Source: Nitrosopumilales archaeon
GTDB taxonomy: Archaea > Thermoproteota > Nitrososphaeria > Nitrososphaerales > Nitrososphaeraceae
Assembly: GCA_044507735.1 (NCBI GenBank)
Contig: JBIQJB010000004.1
Location: 33,083 to 97,082 of the forward strand
Direction of reading: 5' to 3'
Length of the DNA: 64,000 bases
Shown in pieces: positions 29,960 to 39,987 of the stretch (positions are counted from its first letter, which is position 1; each line of letters begins with the position of its first letter). The position numbers and the translations under genes are program-made. The notes beneath the pieces are model-generated. The model worked only from the letters and a program-made list of their open reading frames with translations, was not told the origin of the DNA and did not search any database.

Positions 29960-30749
29960 CTGAACGGTTGGTAATCTGAAGGGGCCTAATTTATCTTTAC
30001 TATTGTTTTTGGGTGCATGTTTTTGACAATGAGCCATTTCATAAACAACTTTTGACCACAGGGTCACCATGCGATCAAGCTCGACCAGAGTTCAAGACAT
30101 TCCGTAAATAGCAATCGCAGCGTTCCTCTCTCCAGCTGATTTCGCAGTTATGCAATCAGCAATTCGAACCCATAGCAATTCTTGTACCATATAGTGGTCG
30201 CATGCCCTGCGTACAGGTTTATAACCTGTTTAGCAGTCCGGCCATAATTTCAAATCGACCCCAATAATGGACTGCACAAATTTTTGGTGTCTGACGGTAA
30301 ATACAGCGCATATGAGGTGATCAGCATCGGCATGACATGAAATCAATGCATGACCAAGACGTACGTCTGAGGGGAGACTACAGTCGCTATTACCTTCGGA
30401 CATCAAATAATAGACAGCTTTCAGCTGATGTCATCAACAATACTCTGTGTCTCCACAGTAGACTATCTACGAATCTCAGGGTCGAACGTGAACAAGCCAG
30501 ACACAGTACAGGTCCGGGTCTAGGGCATTTGAGCCGTTCTCACACACACCATTTCATTTTCTCGCTATGTATTTAGATAGGATATGGTTTGATTTGTATA
30601 CATTTGAGTCCCCCCTCATCAAACTCTCCAGGCTCCTTTTGCTTGAATCTCCTTAGATGCAATTGCATTTTCATCCCCTCTGACGGCAAATTAATCTATG
30701 GCAGAAATCGAACTATTGGAGAAAGTACATTCTGAAGGTGATGTGAAGC

Positions 30750-30977
30750 GTGAAATATCCCATACGCAACCTCATGTATGAAAAGATAAGGCAGGCAGGC
30801 AACATTACTGACGCTGATCTTGTCAAAGAATTGGCAAAAGATGGGATCACACTTGCCGATTCCGACTTTAACAAGACCCTCTTGGATCTTGAAATATACG
30901 GACTCGTAAGGGTCTCGTGGGTAACAAAGGACAAGCGCAGGATTGAGTTAGTATCTGATTTAGATACTGCCAGCTAG
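30750..30977 (+). CDS. Small winged-helix protein
   Basis: 'ITDADLVKEL...DFNKTLLDLEIYGLVRVSWVTKDKRRIEL' wHTH pattern. Confidence 0.75.
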   Translation: MKYPIRNLMYEKIRQAGNITDADLVKELAKDGITLADSDFNKTLLDLEIYGLVRVSWVTKDKRRIELVSDLDTAS

Positions 30978-31879
30978 TTGATAAGCGATATTGGAAGTGG
31001 ATAGTAGAATAGCGCGTCAAGCGCCAAGGCTACAAATATCACTATAAGATATGGCGCTGTCGCCTTGTAGGCCTTCCATGCAAATTCCGGTGTAGGGTTC
31101 TTGCTCAACTTGTAGTGGTATAGAAGCATAAGCCCGCCGGATGCTATGGCGACGGCGGTATATAAGACACCGAATCCAAATAGCGAAAGCATGACAGAAT
31201 ATGGCAGGAGTATCGCAGTATTGAGAAGAATATAGCCTGCGGTCTTTTGGTTTCCTATCATGACGGGGAGCATCGGCACCCTGACGCTTGCATACTCTTC
31301 CCTGGCTCTTATGGCAAGGCACCAAAAGTGTGGGGGAGTCCACATGAAGACAAGCCAGCCCACCAGAAATCCGAGCAAATCCACGGTTCCTGTGGCTGTA
31401 GCCCACCCGGCCATGGAAGCTGCACTACCAGCAAAGCCCCCAATTACAATGTTTGAGGCATTGCTGCGCTTTAGCCATGCGGTATAGATGATCACGTAAA
31501 AGAATATCCCAAGTGCGATCATGCCTGTTGCGACAGGGTTGAGTGTGAACCATGCAATCACCAAGGACAGTATGCTGATTCCAATACCATATGCCAGCAC
31601 ATTTTTCGGAGCAAGCCTACCGGCAGGTATCGGGCGATTGGATGTTCGCTCCATTACCTTGTCAATGTCGCGGTCATAGTAGTGATTTAGCGCGCTTGCG
31701 CCCATTGACGCCAGTGAACCGGCAAGAGTGAGAAAACCGAGCTGCCAGGCAGTCACATCCCAGGCAACATCAGGCGTTGCGTCAAAACGGGTAGCAGCAA
31801 GAAGCGAGGCAACCGCGGTTATCACAAGGACGACCACTATTCGTGGCTTCGAAACTTCGACATAATCGCGTGCGGTCAC
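30974..31879 (-). CDS. cyoE: Protoheme IX farnesyltransferase (heme O synthase)
   Basis: 'SKPRIV', 'NHYYDRDIDKVMERTSNRPIPAG', 'YTAWLKR', 'NIVIGGFAG', 'WTPPHFW'. Confidence 0.95.
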   Translation of the reverse strand: MTARDYVEVSKPRIVVVLVITAVASLLAATRFDATPDVAWDVTAWQLGFLTLAGSLASMGASALNHYYDRDIDKVMERTSNRPIPAGRLAPKNVLAYGIGISILSLVIAWFTLNPVATGMIALGIFFYVIIYTAWLKRSNASNIVIGGFAGSAASMAGWATATGTVDLLGFLVGWLVFMWTPPHFWCLAIRAREEYASVRVPMLPVMIGNQKTAGYILLNTAILLPYSVMLSLFGFGVLYTAVAIASGGLMLLYHYKLSKNPTPEFAWKAYKATAPYLIVIFVALALDALFYYPLPISLIN

Positions 31880-31941
31880 AGTACTGCCTCTTGAAGAGAC
31901 AGTCCGCTTTGCTTGAATTTAATTTATTCGTTCATTACCCA

Positions 31942-32235
31942 TCAGGCAATGAAATGTTTCAGGTTGGCTACCTGCAACTTGAAAAATGTCATCATCTTAC
32001 GCTTTAGCAACGCATGTTCAGCGACTGATAGCCCGCAATTGCACGCGACACCCTTATCGATGGAGTGAGCCTCGGCAACGACAGATATCTTGGCCATCCT
32101 TTCACGTGCCTGTGCAAAGTCATATTGCTTTATCCTGTGAGTATATTCGAGCATGTCTATCAGGTTGACCGTCATAAGCCAAGCGTCCCACACGGTATCG
32201 CTCTCGCTCACTTCGAATAAATCTGCAACAGACAC
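31942..32235 (-). CDS. Hypothetical protein
   Basis: Protein-like helical ORF with 'ACNCG...EH' motif; TATA-like sequence upstream. Confidence 0.6.
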   Translation of the reverse strand: MSVADLFEVSESDTVWDAWLMTVNLIDMLEYTHRIKQYDFAQARERMAKISVVAEAHSIDKGVACNCGLSVAEHALLKRKMMTFFKLQVANLKHFIA

Positions 32236-32686
32236 GGCTAAAGCTTGTATTATGGGGTTTTTAAGGCGCGATATCAGCTATTTTAGATTTGCAGTCAGCA
32301 GCTCCATTCCTACATCCTGACATAGGCGGAGAGCGACGTCTGCTACTGCAGGGCATCAAGCATTTCAATCATTGGCGGAAGCTTGTTGTATTCTGTTCTG
32401 CATGATTATTTTTCCAACCTAATCAGGATATTCTTCGTAGAAAGTCCAGATCCGTGAGGATCTGTCCCAATGCCGCAGCTAGCTGGTAGCCGCTGTGGCT
32501 GCCACGACCACCCTCTCGCATTCTAGCCCATCCCGTCACTAACGGGTGTAGTGTATCTGTATGGCATTCTATGGAATTGAAAATATGTTCTCATCTTGAC
32601 CTTTCAGCCACAGGTGGCAACATCCATCCGTCGTCCAGTTCAAAAGCAACAGAGCATGATAAAAAGCATGTTTTCCCATCATCTTA

Positions 32687-33154
32687 ATGCCAGAACACAA
32701 AGATTCCGAAGTCTACACGCTCGAAGGCAAGAGGATAGGCAGGATAAAGGAAAGCAATACCGACTATTTCATCACGGTCAAGCGGGGTCTGGTAACGGAC
32801 GAGGAGTTCAAGATTCCAACGTCGGCGATTTCTGCCGTTGAGAATGATGGCAATCCCAATATAGTGAGGTTAAGTCTTAAGGAAGATCAGCTAAAGCACG
32901 GCTTCGAATTTACTAAGGGCAGACCCAATTCGGATTTTATGCACGGGATTGCAGAGTCGGAGCCCAAGATCCCGGGAGGAAGACAGGTCATACGGTATGA
33001 GCCTACGCAGGATGCAGAAACCACTCGTCCTACCACGAAGCTGCCGGCTCCCGTTTCTGAATACCTGTGCGACATGTGCAACGAAAAGTTTGGCAATCCT
33101 CAAGGTCTGCAAGAGCACAGGGCAGAACGACACAAGGCTCCGACAGGCATCTAA
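32687..33154 (+). CDS. PRC/DUF2171-like beta domain fused to a C2H2 zinc finger
   Basis: 'EVYTLEGKRIGRIKE...YFITVKRGL...FKIPTSAI' plus 'YLCDMCNEKFGNPQGLQEHRAERH'. Confidence 0.75.
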   Translation: MPEHKDSEVYTLEGKRIGRIKESNTDYFITVKRGLVTDEEFKIPTSAISAVENDGNPNIVRLSLKEDQLKHGFEFTKGRPNSDFMHGIAESEPKIPGGRQVIRYEPTQDAETTRPTTKLPAPVSEYLCDMCNEKFGNPQGLQEHRAERHKAPTGI

Positions 33155-33204
33155 AGCTAGAAAGGATTAAGTATGCCAAACAAACCCCAGATACTCGTAA
33201 CAAT

Positions 33205-34470
33205 ATGACTGACTGGGACCTTCTGACCCCCGGGATAGGTCTTACATCCATTGGAATTGTTGGCGTAGGGATTTCCCTTTCTGGTATAGCCAAGACCTTT
33301 ATCGATGGGATGCATGCTGTTTCGCTCCTGACTATGTTTATAGGCATGATCTTCCTTGCATCCGGGCTGTTCAAGGATGGTTTCCCATCTAGCGGCAGGG
33401 CAAAGTCTGCTACTTTTATCACACTTGGCTTTCTAGTAACATTTGGCTTTGCGGCTGCAGTAACGGTAAGCACCCAGGTTCCGAGCATTTTCGCCTATAT
33501 CGGCCTCATGCTGATAATCTCGATTCCTGCAACAGTGCTGGCGGTGGCCTCTTTTAAGCAGATTCCTTACCTCAAGGCACTTGCAGTCATCTTCATCGGT
33601 GCATCAGTCGTCGGTGGCACCACGTTCTACGCATTTGGACTAGTAACACCAAGACCCCCCGCTCCAGTAGAAGAGGGGGAAGGAAACCAGACAGGCGGTG
33701 CTCAAGAGCCATCAGAAGCTCCAACCAATATTGTAAATGCATCGATACTCGCAGGATCATCTGCACCTAACAACCCGTCTTACGAACCCGACCCGCTCGT
33801 TGTCAATAAGGGAGACGGAGTGCAATGGGTCAACGAGGATAATGTACCGCACACGGTAACAAGCAAGGAAAAGGGAGTGTTTGATTCATCACTCATCAAT
33901 GCAGGTGCAACTTGGCTGCTGAATACGGCCAATCTAGACCCCGCAGAATACCCATACTATTGCTTTGTCCACCCTCATATGGAAGGAACGTTGGTAGTTT
34001 CCGACGACGGCGCTACCGCCTCGACTAATTCCAACAGTGCAACCGCCCCTTCCGAGAATTCCACTGCTCCAGAAGGTCAGCCGCAACAACAAACCTCCAA
34101 CGGATCCTCATCAACAGGCAATGAGACAGCGAGTGTTCCTCCTGCGAGTGGAAGTGGCGGCAGCGGAGCAACGGTCACAGGAGTATCAATAGTAGTTGGA
34201 GCATCAGTTCCAACAAACGGCAAGTATTATGATCCCGAAACGGTAGAAACGACCGTTGGCAGCATGGTGACTTGGATCAATGACGACAGCCTACCTCACA
34301 CAGTAACTTCTGGCGTAGTGGAGAACAACAGCCCAAAGCCAGACGGCAGATTTGATTCCAGCATCATGAACGCAGGTCAGAGCTTTTCATTTGTGTTTGA
34401 CGCCGCGGGAGAGTACCCGTACTATTGTATGGTACACCCATGGATGACTGGCTCAGTCACAGTCAACTAG
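33205..34470 (+). CDS. Polytopic membrane protein with two plastocyanin-like type-1 copper domains
   Basis: About 5 N-terminal TM helices; 'VPHTVTS...YYCFVHPHM' and 'LPHTVTS...YYCMVHPWM'; start ATG 33205. Confidence 0.9.
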   Translation: MTDWDLLTPGIGLTSIGIVGVGISLSGIAKTFIDGMHAVSLLTMFIGMIFLASGLFKDGFPSSGRAKSATFITLGFLVTFGFAAAVTVSTQVPSIFAYIGLMLIISIPATVLAVASFKQIPYLKALAVIFIGASVVGGTTFYAFGLVTPRPPAPVEEGEGNQTGGAQEPSEAPTNIVNASILAGSSAPNNPSYEPDPLVVNKGDGVQWVNEDNVPHTVTSKEKGVFDSSLINAGATWLLNTANLDPAEYPYYCFVHPHMEGTLVVSDDGATASTNSNSATAPSENSTAPEGQPQQQTSNGSSSTGNETASVPPASGSGGSGATVTGVSIVVGASVPTNGKYYDPETVETTVGSMVTWINDDSLPHTVTSGVVENNSPKPDGRFDSSIMNAGQSFSFVFDAAGEYPYYCMVHPWMTGSVTVN

Positions 34471-34884
34471 CAAGCTTGAATTCCACTCTCAAAGTGCATC
34501 AGGATAGTCGCGCTTGCAGAGAGAAGATCATACTGGCGGATTGATGGAATTTGAGACGGCGTTAGACACTACCACTCAAGCCAGAGATACAACGCTCCAG
34601 GTGCAAGATACAGATTCCAGCAATTCGACACCGTTCTCTCACATGCAGGAGAAGGACCGTGGCAGGTCGTCGTGGACATTTCCCCAGGAGCAAGCGGATG
34701 ATGTTCGATAACGGCATGGCGAAGATGTAATGCATATACCTGATGCACGTACTTTGGCACCGAGAGCATTCGGAAATGACGATTTTTCTGAATCATGCGA
34801 CAAAGCAAATATTCTCCTCTCGTCAGTTAGAGATATGGATAAAAAACGTACAAGATATGTGTTGACTGGAATTATCCGAGGACC

Positions 34885-35316
34885 TTGACAATGAGTCAAA
34901 CTGCCACCATTTCTCTTACCGCGAAACAGGTTGAACAACTCACCAAAATTGCACGAGACGCCCTTCCAAACGAATCATGCGCGTTCCTTCTTGGAGAAAG
35001 CAACGCTACTACTACCACAACAACAACGGTAGCAGAAATCCTGCCTATGCGAAACGTCGATGAGTCCGAACTGTCGTTCAGCATGGAGCCCCAGGAGGTA
35101 CTGCATGCGTATGAACTTGCAGAGAAGAAGGGACTGCAGGTCATCGGCATATTCCATTCGCATCCGGGTAAGCCATCGCCGTCACGCACGGACGAAAAGT
35201 TCATGGAGATAAACCCGGTGGTGTGGTTGATCTATTCTACTACGGAGGGCCGGCTCAAGGCATACATGTATGACAGCGACCTAAGTGAGGTCGTGATAAA
35301 GGTTATCACGGAGTGA
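34885..35316 (+). CDS. JAB/MPN+ (JAMM) metalloprotease
   Basis: 'PNESCAFLLG' and 'IFHSHPGKPSPSRTD' (E...HxH-x7-S-x2-D). Confidence 0.9.
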   Translation: MTMSQTATISLTAKQVEQLTKIARDALPNESCAFLLGESNATTTTTTTVAEILPMRNVDESELSFSMEPQEVLHAYELAEKKGLQVIGIFHSHPGKPSPSRTDEKFMEINPVVWLIYSTTEGRLKAYMYDSDLSEVVIKVITE

Positions 35317-36601
35317 GCCGGTCCGCGTCTCTTGGATACAGAACCACTTCGCGCACATTCTGAGACCCTGTTAGCACCATCATTAGCCTGTCGTAGCCAA
35401 GCCCCCACCCAGAGTGTGGAGGCATTCCCCAGTCGAAGGCCTTGAGGTGCTCTTCAAAGCTTGTGGGATTGAGTCCCTGCTCTATGAGTCGATTCCTGAG
35501 TTTGGCAGGATCGTGCAGACGTCTGCCACCAGACACCAGCTCAAGGTAGCCGTATTGCAGGTCAAACGACTTGGACAGTTTGGTGTTTTCCTCCTTTTCG
35601 TGGATGTAGAATGGCTTTAGCTTCAGTGGCCAGTCCATGATGAAATAGAACCCTCGGTGTATTTCACCAAGCTTGCGCAGTGCGGCATCTGACAGGTCGT
35701 CTCCAAACTGGAGCTTTTCGCCTTCCTTTGCCAGCTCTTCAAGGCACTGCTCATAGGTCAGTCGGTCTATCTTGGAAATCGAGATCTCTTTCCCACCAGC
35801 AAGTTGCAGGTCATCCCTGTGCTTTTCCCGAAAGACATCTGAGACATTTTTCACCACTCTTTCGACAATGTCCATCACGTCTTCGTAATCCATAAACGCC
35901 GCTTCGATGTCCACGCTGGTAAATTCACTCAGGTGCCTCACTGTGTGCGAATTTTCCGCTCTGAAATAGGGCCCAATTTCAAAGATACGGTCAAGGCCAA
36001 GCGTCAGCTGCTCCTTGTACAGCTGAGGGCTCTGCGCGAGGTAAGCTTTTCGCTTGCCAAAGTAATCAAATCCAAAAAGGTTGGCGCCACCCTCGCTTGC
36101 GCTTCCAATCAACTTTGGCGTATTCACCTCAATAAAGCCTTCCTTGCGAAGGGTATCCCTGATCACTTCAAGGCCGACAGACCGGAGCCTAAAAATGGCA
36201 GCAACTTTTGGCGTTCTTAGATCTAGTGCGCGAGAATCAAGCCTCTTGTCTATCGCTGATTCGACGCGGCCTGTCGGGTCAATAGGTAGCGGATGAACTG
36301 CCCTTGTAAGTACTGTAAATTCGACTGCCTTGAGCTCCACAGGGAAATCCTTTGCTCTGCTCTTTTGCACAACTCCGGCCACCACGACTGCACTTTGTCG
36401 GGGAACCTGTGTGGCATCCTTGACACTATCACCTGTGACTATCACCTGACACGCCCCCGTTACGTCCCTGATCGTGACAAACGCTAGCTTGCCAATATCG
36501 CGCACATCCTCTATCCATCCACCCACTCTCACCTGCTGCCCGATCAGCGTGTCGTCCAGCTGGCGCGCATAGTGCGTCCTCTTGATGTCTAGAATTACCA
36601 T
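35306..36601 (-). CDS. aspS: Aspartyl-tRNA synthetase (archaeal type)
   Basis: OB fold, 'RLDSRALDLR', 'SEGGANLF', 'LAQSPQLYKE', 'FRAENSHTVRHLSEF', 'GMPPHSGWGLGYDRL'. Confidence 0.96.
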   Translation of the reverse strand: MVILDIKRTHYARQLDDTLIGQQVRVGGWIEDVRDIGKLAFVTIRDVTGACQVIVTGDSVKDATQVPRQSAVVVAGVVQKSRAKDFPVELKAVEFTVLTRAVHPLPIDPTGRVESAIDKRLDSRALDLRTPKVAAIFRLRSVGLEVIRDTLRKEGFIEVNTPKLIGSASEGGANLFGFDYFGKRKAYLAQSPQLYKEQLTLGLDRIFEIGPYFRAENSHTVRHLSEFTSVDIEAAFMDYEDVMDIVERVVKNVSDVFREKHRDDLQLAGGKEISISKIDRLTYEQCLEELAKEGEKLQFGDDLSDAALRKLGEIHRGFYFIMDWPLKLKPFYIHEKEENTKLSKSFDLQYGYLELVSGGRRLHDPAKLRNRLIEQGLNPTSFEEHLKAFDWGMPPHSGWGLGYDRLMMVLTGSQNVREVVLYPRDADRLTP

Positions 36602-36619
36602 TCTTGGTACCCCTTTCCT

Positions 36620-37126
36620 CTACCTGTTTTCAAATTCAATGAGCAGATCAATGTTTCTGACTGCCTTGGCGATCTTCACAACCTTTTCTATATTAACCCG
36701 CGCCTTTTTGGCATCGCCTGCAGCCACGACCTTGGTCAGCTTACTTCCGTCAGGCATCCAGAAAAGGTTGACCGATAGCACCTTGAGAGGGCTGAGCAAG
36801 CCTTCGACAAAGCCCCTCTCGGATGCCTCTGATTCGACAAACCACACCTTTTGCCCAAACTCGCTTTCGACCTTGTCTGCGAGGGTCGAATCGCTTCTGA
36901 GTGCAACAACGTCAGGGCTCCGCAGTACAAGCACAAAGTCGTCGTCTACCTGCGCGCCCCGTAGTAGGGTGAATTTGTCAACCTGTTGATCCTTTTCTGC
37001 AATTCGAGCTAGTTTGATGGCGGCCTTTACATCGTCATGTGTGATGACTCCTGATTCGAGTTTTGATTCACACCTTGTGCAGAGCACGCCGGACTTGGCA
37101 TCGAAAGGGCAGATTAGAGACTTCAA
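36620..37126 (-). CDS. NusA-like KH-domain protein with N-terminal Zn site
   Basis: 'ICPFDAKSGVLCTRCESKL' N-terminus of the archaeal NusA-related family; 'LLSPLKVLSVNLFWMPDGSK'. Confidence 0.75.
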   Translation of the reverse strand: MKSLICPFDAKSGVLCTRCESKLESGVITHDDVKAAIKLARIAEKDQQVDKFTLLRGAQVDDDFVLVLRSPDVVALRSDSTLADKVESEFGQKVWFVESEASERGFVEGLLSPLKVLSVNLFWMPDGSKLTKVVAAGDAKKARVNIEKVVKIAKAVRNIDLLIEFENR

Positions 37127-37221
37127 TGATTATAAACCTGCATTATTCAATTTTTGGGTTATATAACAGCTCTGAAAAATGCCAGAACCCTCTTATTGCA
37201 CGCAGAAGATTTTTTGGTCGT

Positions 37222-38178
37222 TTGCCAAAACTTGTGCTAACTGGGCTCAACGCGCACTATGCTACTGAAAGAGGCAAGGTAAGAGCCGTAGACGGAATCA
37301 ACATCGAGCTTGCGGCAGGCGAATCGCTTGGGATAGTAGGCGAATCGGCATGTGGCAAGAGCACAGTCGGAGCGTCCTTGATGAGGTCCCTCCAGCCTCC
37401 CGGTAAAGTTGAAGCTGGCAGCATAGTACTTGACGGGCGCGACCTGCTGAAAATGCCGGACTCTGAATTCAATAGTAAGATAAGGTGGAAGAAGGTGGCG
37501 ATGGTCTTTCAGGGCGCCATGAATGTCCTTGACCCCGTCTATACGGTTGAAAGCCAGCTGCGCGAGCTCCTCAGGGAGCACGGTTTTGAAGGGGACATTG
37601 AAGCCAAGATAGCAGATTCTCTCAAGCAGGTCGGTCTTGACAGGTCCGTCGGCAAGCGCTATCCGCACGAGCTTTCAGGTGGCATGAAGCAGCGCGTAGT
37701 GATTGCCATGTCTTTGCTGCTAGATCCTGACCTTCTCATAGCAGATGAGCCCACTACTGCACTTGATGTGCTCGTACAAGCACAGATAATCGACCTGCTA
37801 AAGAAATTGCAGAAGGAAAAAGGCATAACAGTGGTACTTATCACCCATGACCTTGCACTTGTAGCTCAGATAGCCAACAAAGTCGCGATAATGTACGCAG
37901 GTCAATTCGTAGAAGTGGCGTCCACGGAAGACATCTACAAAGACCCCAAACACCCATACACTCAGGCACTAATTGCCGCAGTTCCGCGCCTGAGATCGAA
38001 GGAAAAAAAGATTCACTTTGTAAAGGGCAGTCCTCCGTCGTTGCTCAACCCGCCGTCCGGTTGCAGATTCTATGCCAGATGTCCAAAGGCGATGGACATT
38101 TGCAAGAAAGATCCACCAGAATTCAAGACAAATACGGGCTATGTCCGGTGCTGGCTGTACGACAAGGCTCAACCTTAA
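37222..38178 (+). CDS. dppD: Oligopeptide/dipeptide ABC transporter ATP-binding protein (DppD/OppD)
   Basis: 'GESACGKS', 'YPHELSGGMKQR', 'ADEPTTALD', 'ITHDL', 'PKHPYT', 'PPSGCRFYARCP'; start likely TTG 37222. Confidence 0.92.
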   Translation: MPKLVLTGLNAHYATERGKVRAVDGINIELAAGESLGIVGESACGKSTVGASLMRSLQPPGKVEAGSIVLDGRDLLKMPDSEFNSKIRWKKVAMVFQGAMNVLDPVYTVESQLRELLREHGFEGDIEAKIADSLKQVGLDRSVGKRYPHELSGGMKQRVVIAMSLLLDPDLLIADEPTTALDVLVQAQIIDLLKKLQKEKGITVVLITHDLALVAQIANKVAIMYAGQFVEVASTEDIYKDPKHPYTQALIAAVPRLRSKEKKIHFVKGSPPSLLNPPSGCRFYARCPKAMDICKKDPPEFKTNTGYVRCWLYDKAQP

Positions 38179-38211
38179 AAAGACCTTTCCGTGAACTGAA
38201 ACAAAGTTTAC

Positions 38212-39948
38212 TTGTCAGCGTCATCGTCATCTTCAATACTTGCTCATTTTCCGTTCCCCCAGATTCGCGAAAGGCAAAAGAAGGTGCTTGTAGAAATTGA
38301 GTCGGCGCTCAAGTCAGGCTATAAGCACATCTTCCTTGAAGCTCCTACAGGCTTTGGCAAGACCCCTGTTGCCATAACGCTTGCCCGCTACCTTGGAAGC
38401 TCACATATATGCACTGCGACAAAGGACCTGCAGACCCAGTATCGGCGCGACTTTCCATTCGTCGTCGAAGTAAAAGGTCGGGGCAACTTTCCCTGCATCG
38501 TCAAGGAAGACATGGGTCTCGATGAAAGCTGCGACTATGGTCCCTGCGTGAAAGACGACTCGTACGACTGCATCTACAAGACTCGGATGATGGACTACCG
38601 CGTAGATGGCGAGGGGACAATGCGAGAGCTTGTGAGGCTCGACCCATTTATCGAACGGAAATACATTGAAAAGATGCGGAGCAAGTCAAAGATAGTCGAA
38701 TTGCAGTGGCGCCCTTGTCACTATTTCCACCAAAAGTGGATAGGCGCAAGATCTAGCCACACCGTCTACAACTATCGCTACTTCTTGTCAGATGTTTTCT
38801 ATGCCGGCACTGCCCAGAAGAGAAACATTCTGGTGCTGGACGAAGCGCATCAGCTGGAATCAGAAATCGGAGATTTTCGGAGCATCACAATTCGAAGGAA
38901 CATGTTCCCATTTTTGAAGATCAAGATGCCAGAATCTGGCGTTGACAATATTGAAACTTGGCTAGATTTTTGCATTGAGTTAAAGGAAAAGCTCTATGAT
39001 TTTGCCCAGAAGGCAGAAGGAATTATCGAGCGCAGCAACCAAAAGGTAACAGTCGAGCCATACACAGAAAGGAACCTGATTGACGCGCTGGAGCGGGAAG
39101 CCCACCTGAACGCAGTCATTGACGACATCAGAGCTAACAAGGACAACTGGATAGTTTCGGGTGTCCAGCGCGATCAATCATCAAACCAGCTGGCCAGGGT
39201 TACGCTTACACCTCTCGATGTTTCAGGCTACGTTGGATCGATACTTGACAAGGGTTCTGTAGCGCTCTTCATGAGCGCGACGATCTTGAGCAAGGAATAC
39301 CTCTGCAAGACAGCAGGGCTTGAATTGGACAAGGTGAAATTCATCAGGATAGAAGAATCAGACTTTCCCGTGAAAAATAGGGAAATTCACATGAAGAACG
39401 TCGCATGGCTCAGCGCCAAGACGATGAACGAGAGCATGCCCAAGATCATCGAGGAGGTCGACAAGATCATGTCAAAGCACAGGACAGACAAGGGAATAAT
39501 TCATACAACATCATATTTCCAGCTTCAAAAGATCAAAGAAAGCATCAGCAAGGAAAATGCAGATAGGTTAATTGAGACAGGATCAAAGTTGGACAGGAGC
39601 GAGGTACTTGAGAGGCATTATACCAGCAAGAAGCCAACAGTACTGATATCTCCATCACTCCACTTGGGAGTAGACCTGAAGGATGACCTTTCGCGGTTCC
39701 AGATCATAGTTAAGGTCCCATACCCTGATCTCACAGACAAAAAGATCGCTGCGATGAAAGAACGCGACCCGAAGTGGTATACATGGAATACAGTGCTCAG
39801 GCTGGTGCAAGCATATGGCAGGAGTATTAGGAGCAAAGACGACTATGCAACAACTTACATACTTGATAGCAGCATTTCCTACCTCCTGAAAAGCTCACAG
39901 GATCTTGTGCCAAAGTGGTTTACTGAAGCAATAGTGCAGCGGTCATAG
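38212..39948 (+). CDS. XPD/DinG family SF2 helicase
   Basis: Q motif 'RERQK', 'EAPTGFGKT', 'KGRGNFPC', 'LDEAHQLE', 'MSAT', 'GVDLKDD', 'QAYGRSIRSKDD'. Confidence 0.92.
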   Translation: MSASSSSSILAHFPFPQIRERQKKVLVEIESALKSGYKHIFLEAPTGFGKTPVAITLARYLGSSHICTATKDLQTQYRRDFPFVVEVKGRGNFPCIVKEDMGLDESCDYGPCVKDDSYDCIYKTRMMDYRVDGEGTMRELVRLDPFIERKYIEKMRSKSKIVELQWRPCHYFHQKWIGARSSHTVYNYRYFLSDVFYAGTAQKRNILVLDEAHQLESEIGDFRSITIRRNMFPFLKIKMPESGVDNIETWLDFCIELKEKLYDFAQKAEGIIERSNQKVTVEPYTERNLIDALEREAHLNAVIDDIRANKDNWIVSGVQRDQSSNQLARVTLTPLDVSGYVGSILDKGSVALFMSATILSKEYLCKTAGLELDKVKFIRIEESDFPVKNREIHMKNVAWLSAKTMNESMPKIIEEVDKIMSKHRTDKGIIHTTSYFQLQKIKESISKENADRLIETGSKLDRSEVLERHYTSKKPTVLISPSLHLGVDLKDDLSRFQIIVKVPYPDLTDKKIAAMKERDPKWYTWNTVLRLVQAYGRSIRSKDDYATTYILDSSISYLLKSSQDLVPKWFTEAIVQRS

Positions 39949-39987
39949 AACGTTTTTATCCCCAGTGACCAACAAGAAGGTTGGAAA

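Noticed and set aside
34514-34938. Short ORFs between the cupredoxin and JAMM genes
   Set aside because: Overlapping ORFs on both strands with no motif; possibly a decayed gene, but unsupported.
35003-35030. Poly-Thr run in the JAMM protein
   Set aside because: Short ACT/ACA triplet expansion in a loop; catalytic motif intact; probably neutral.
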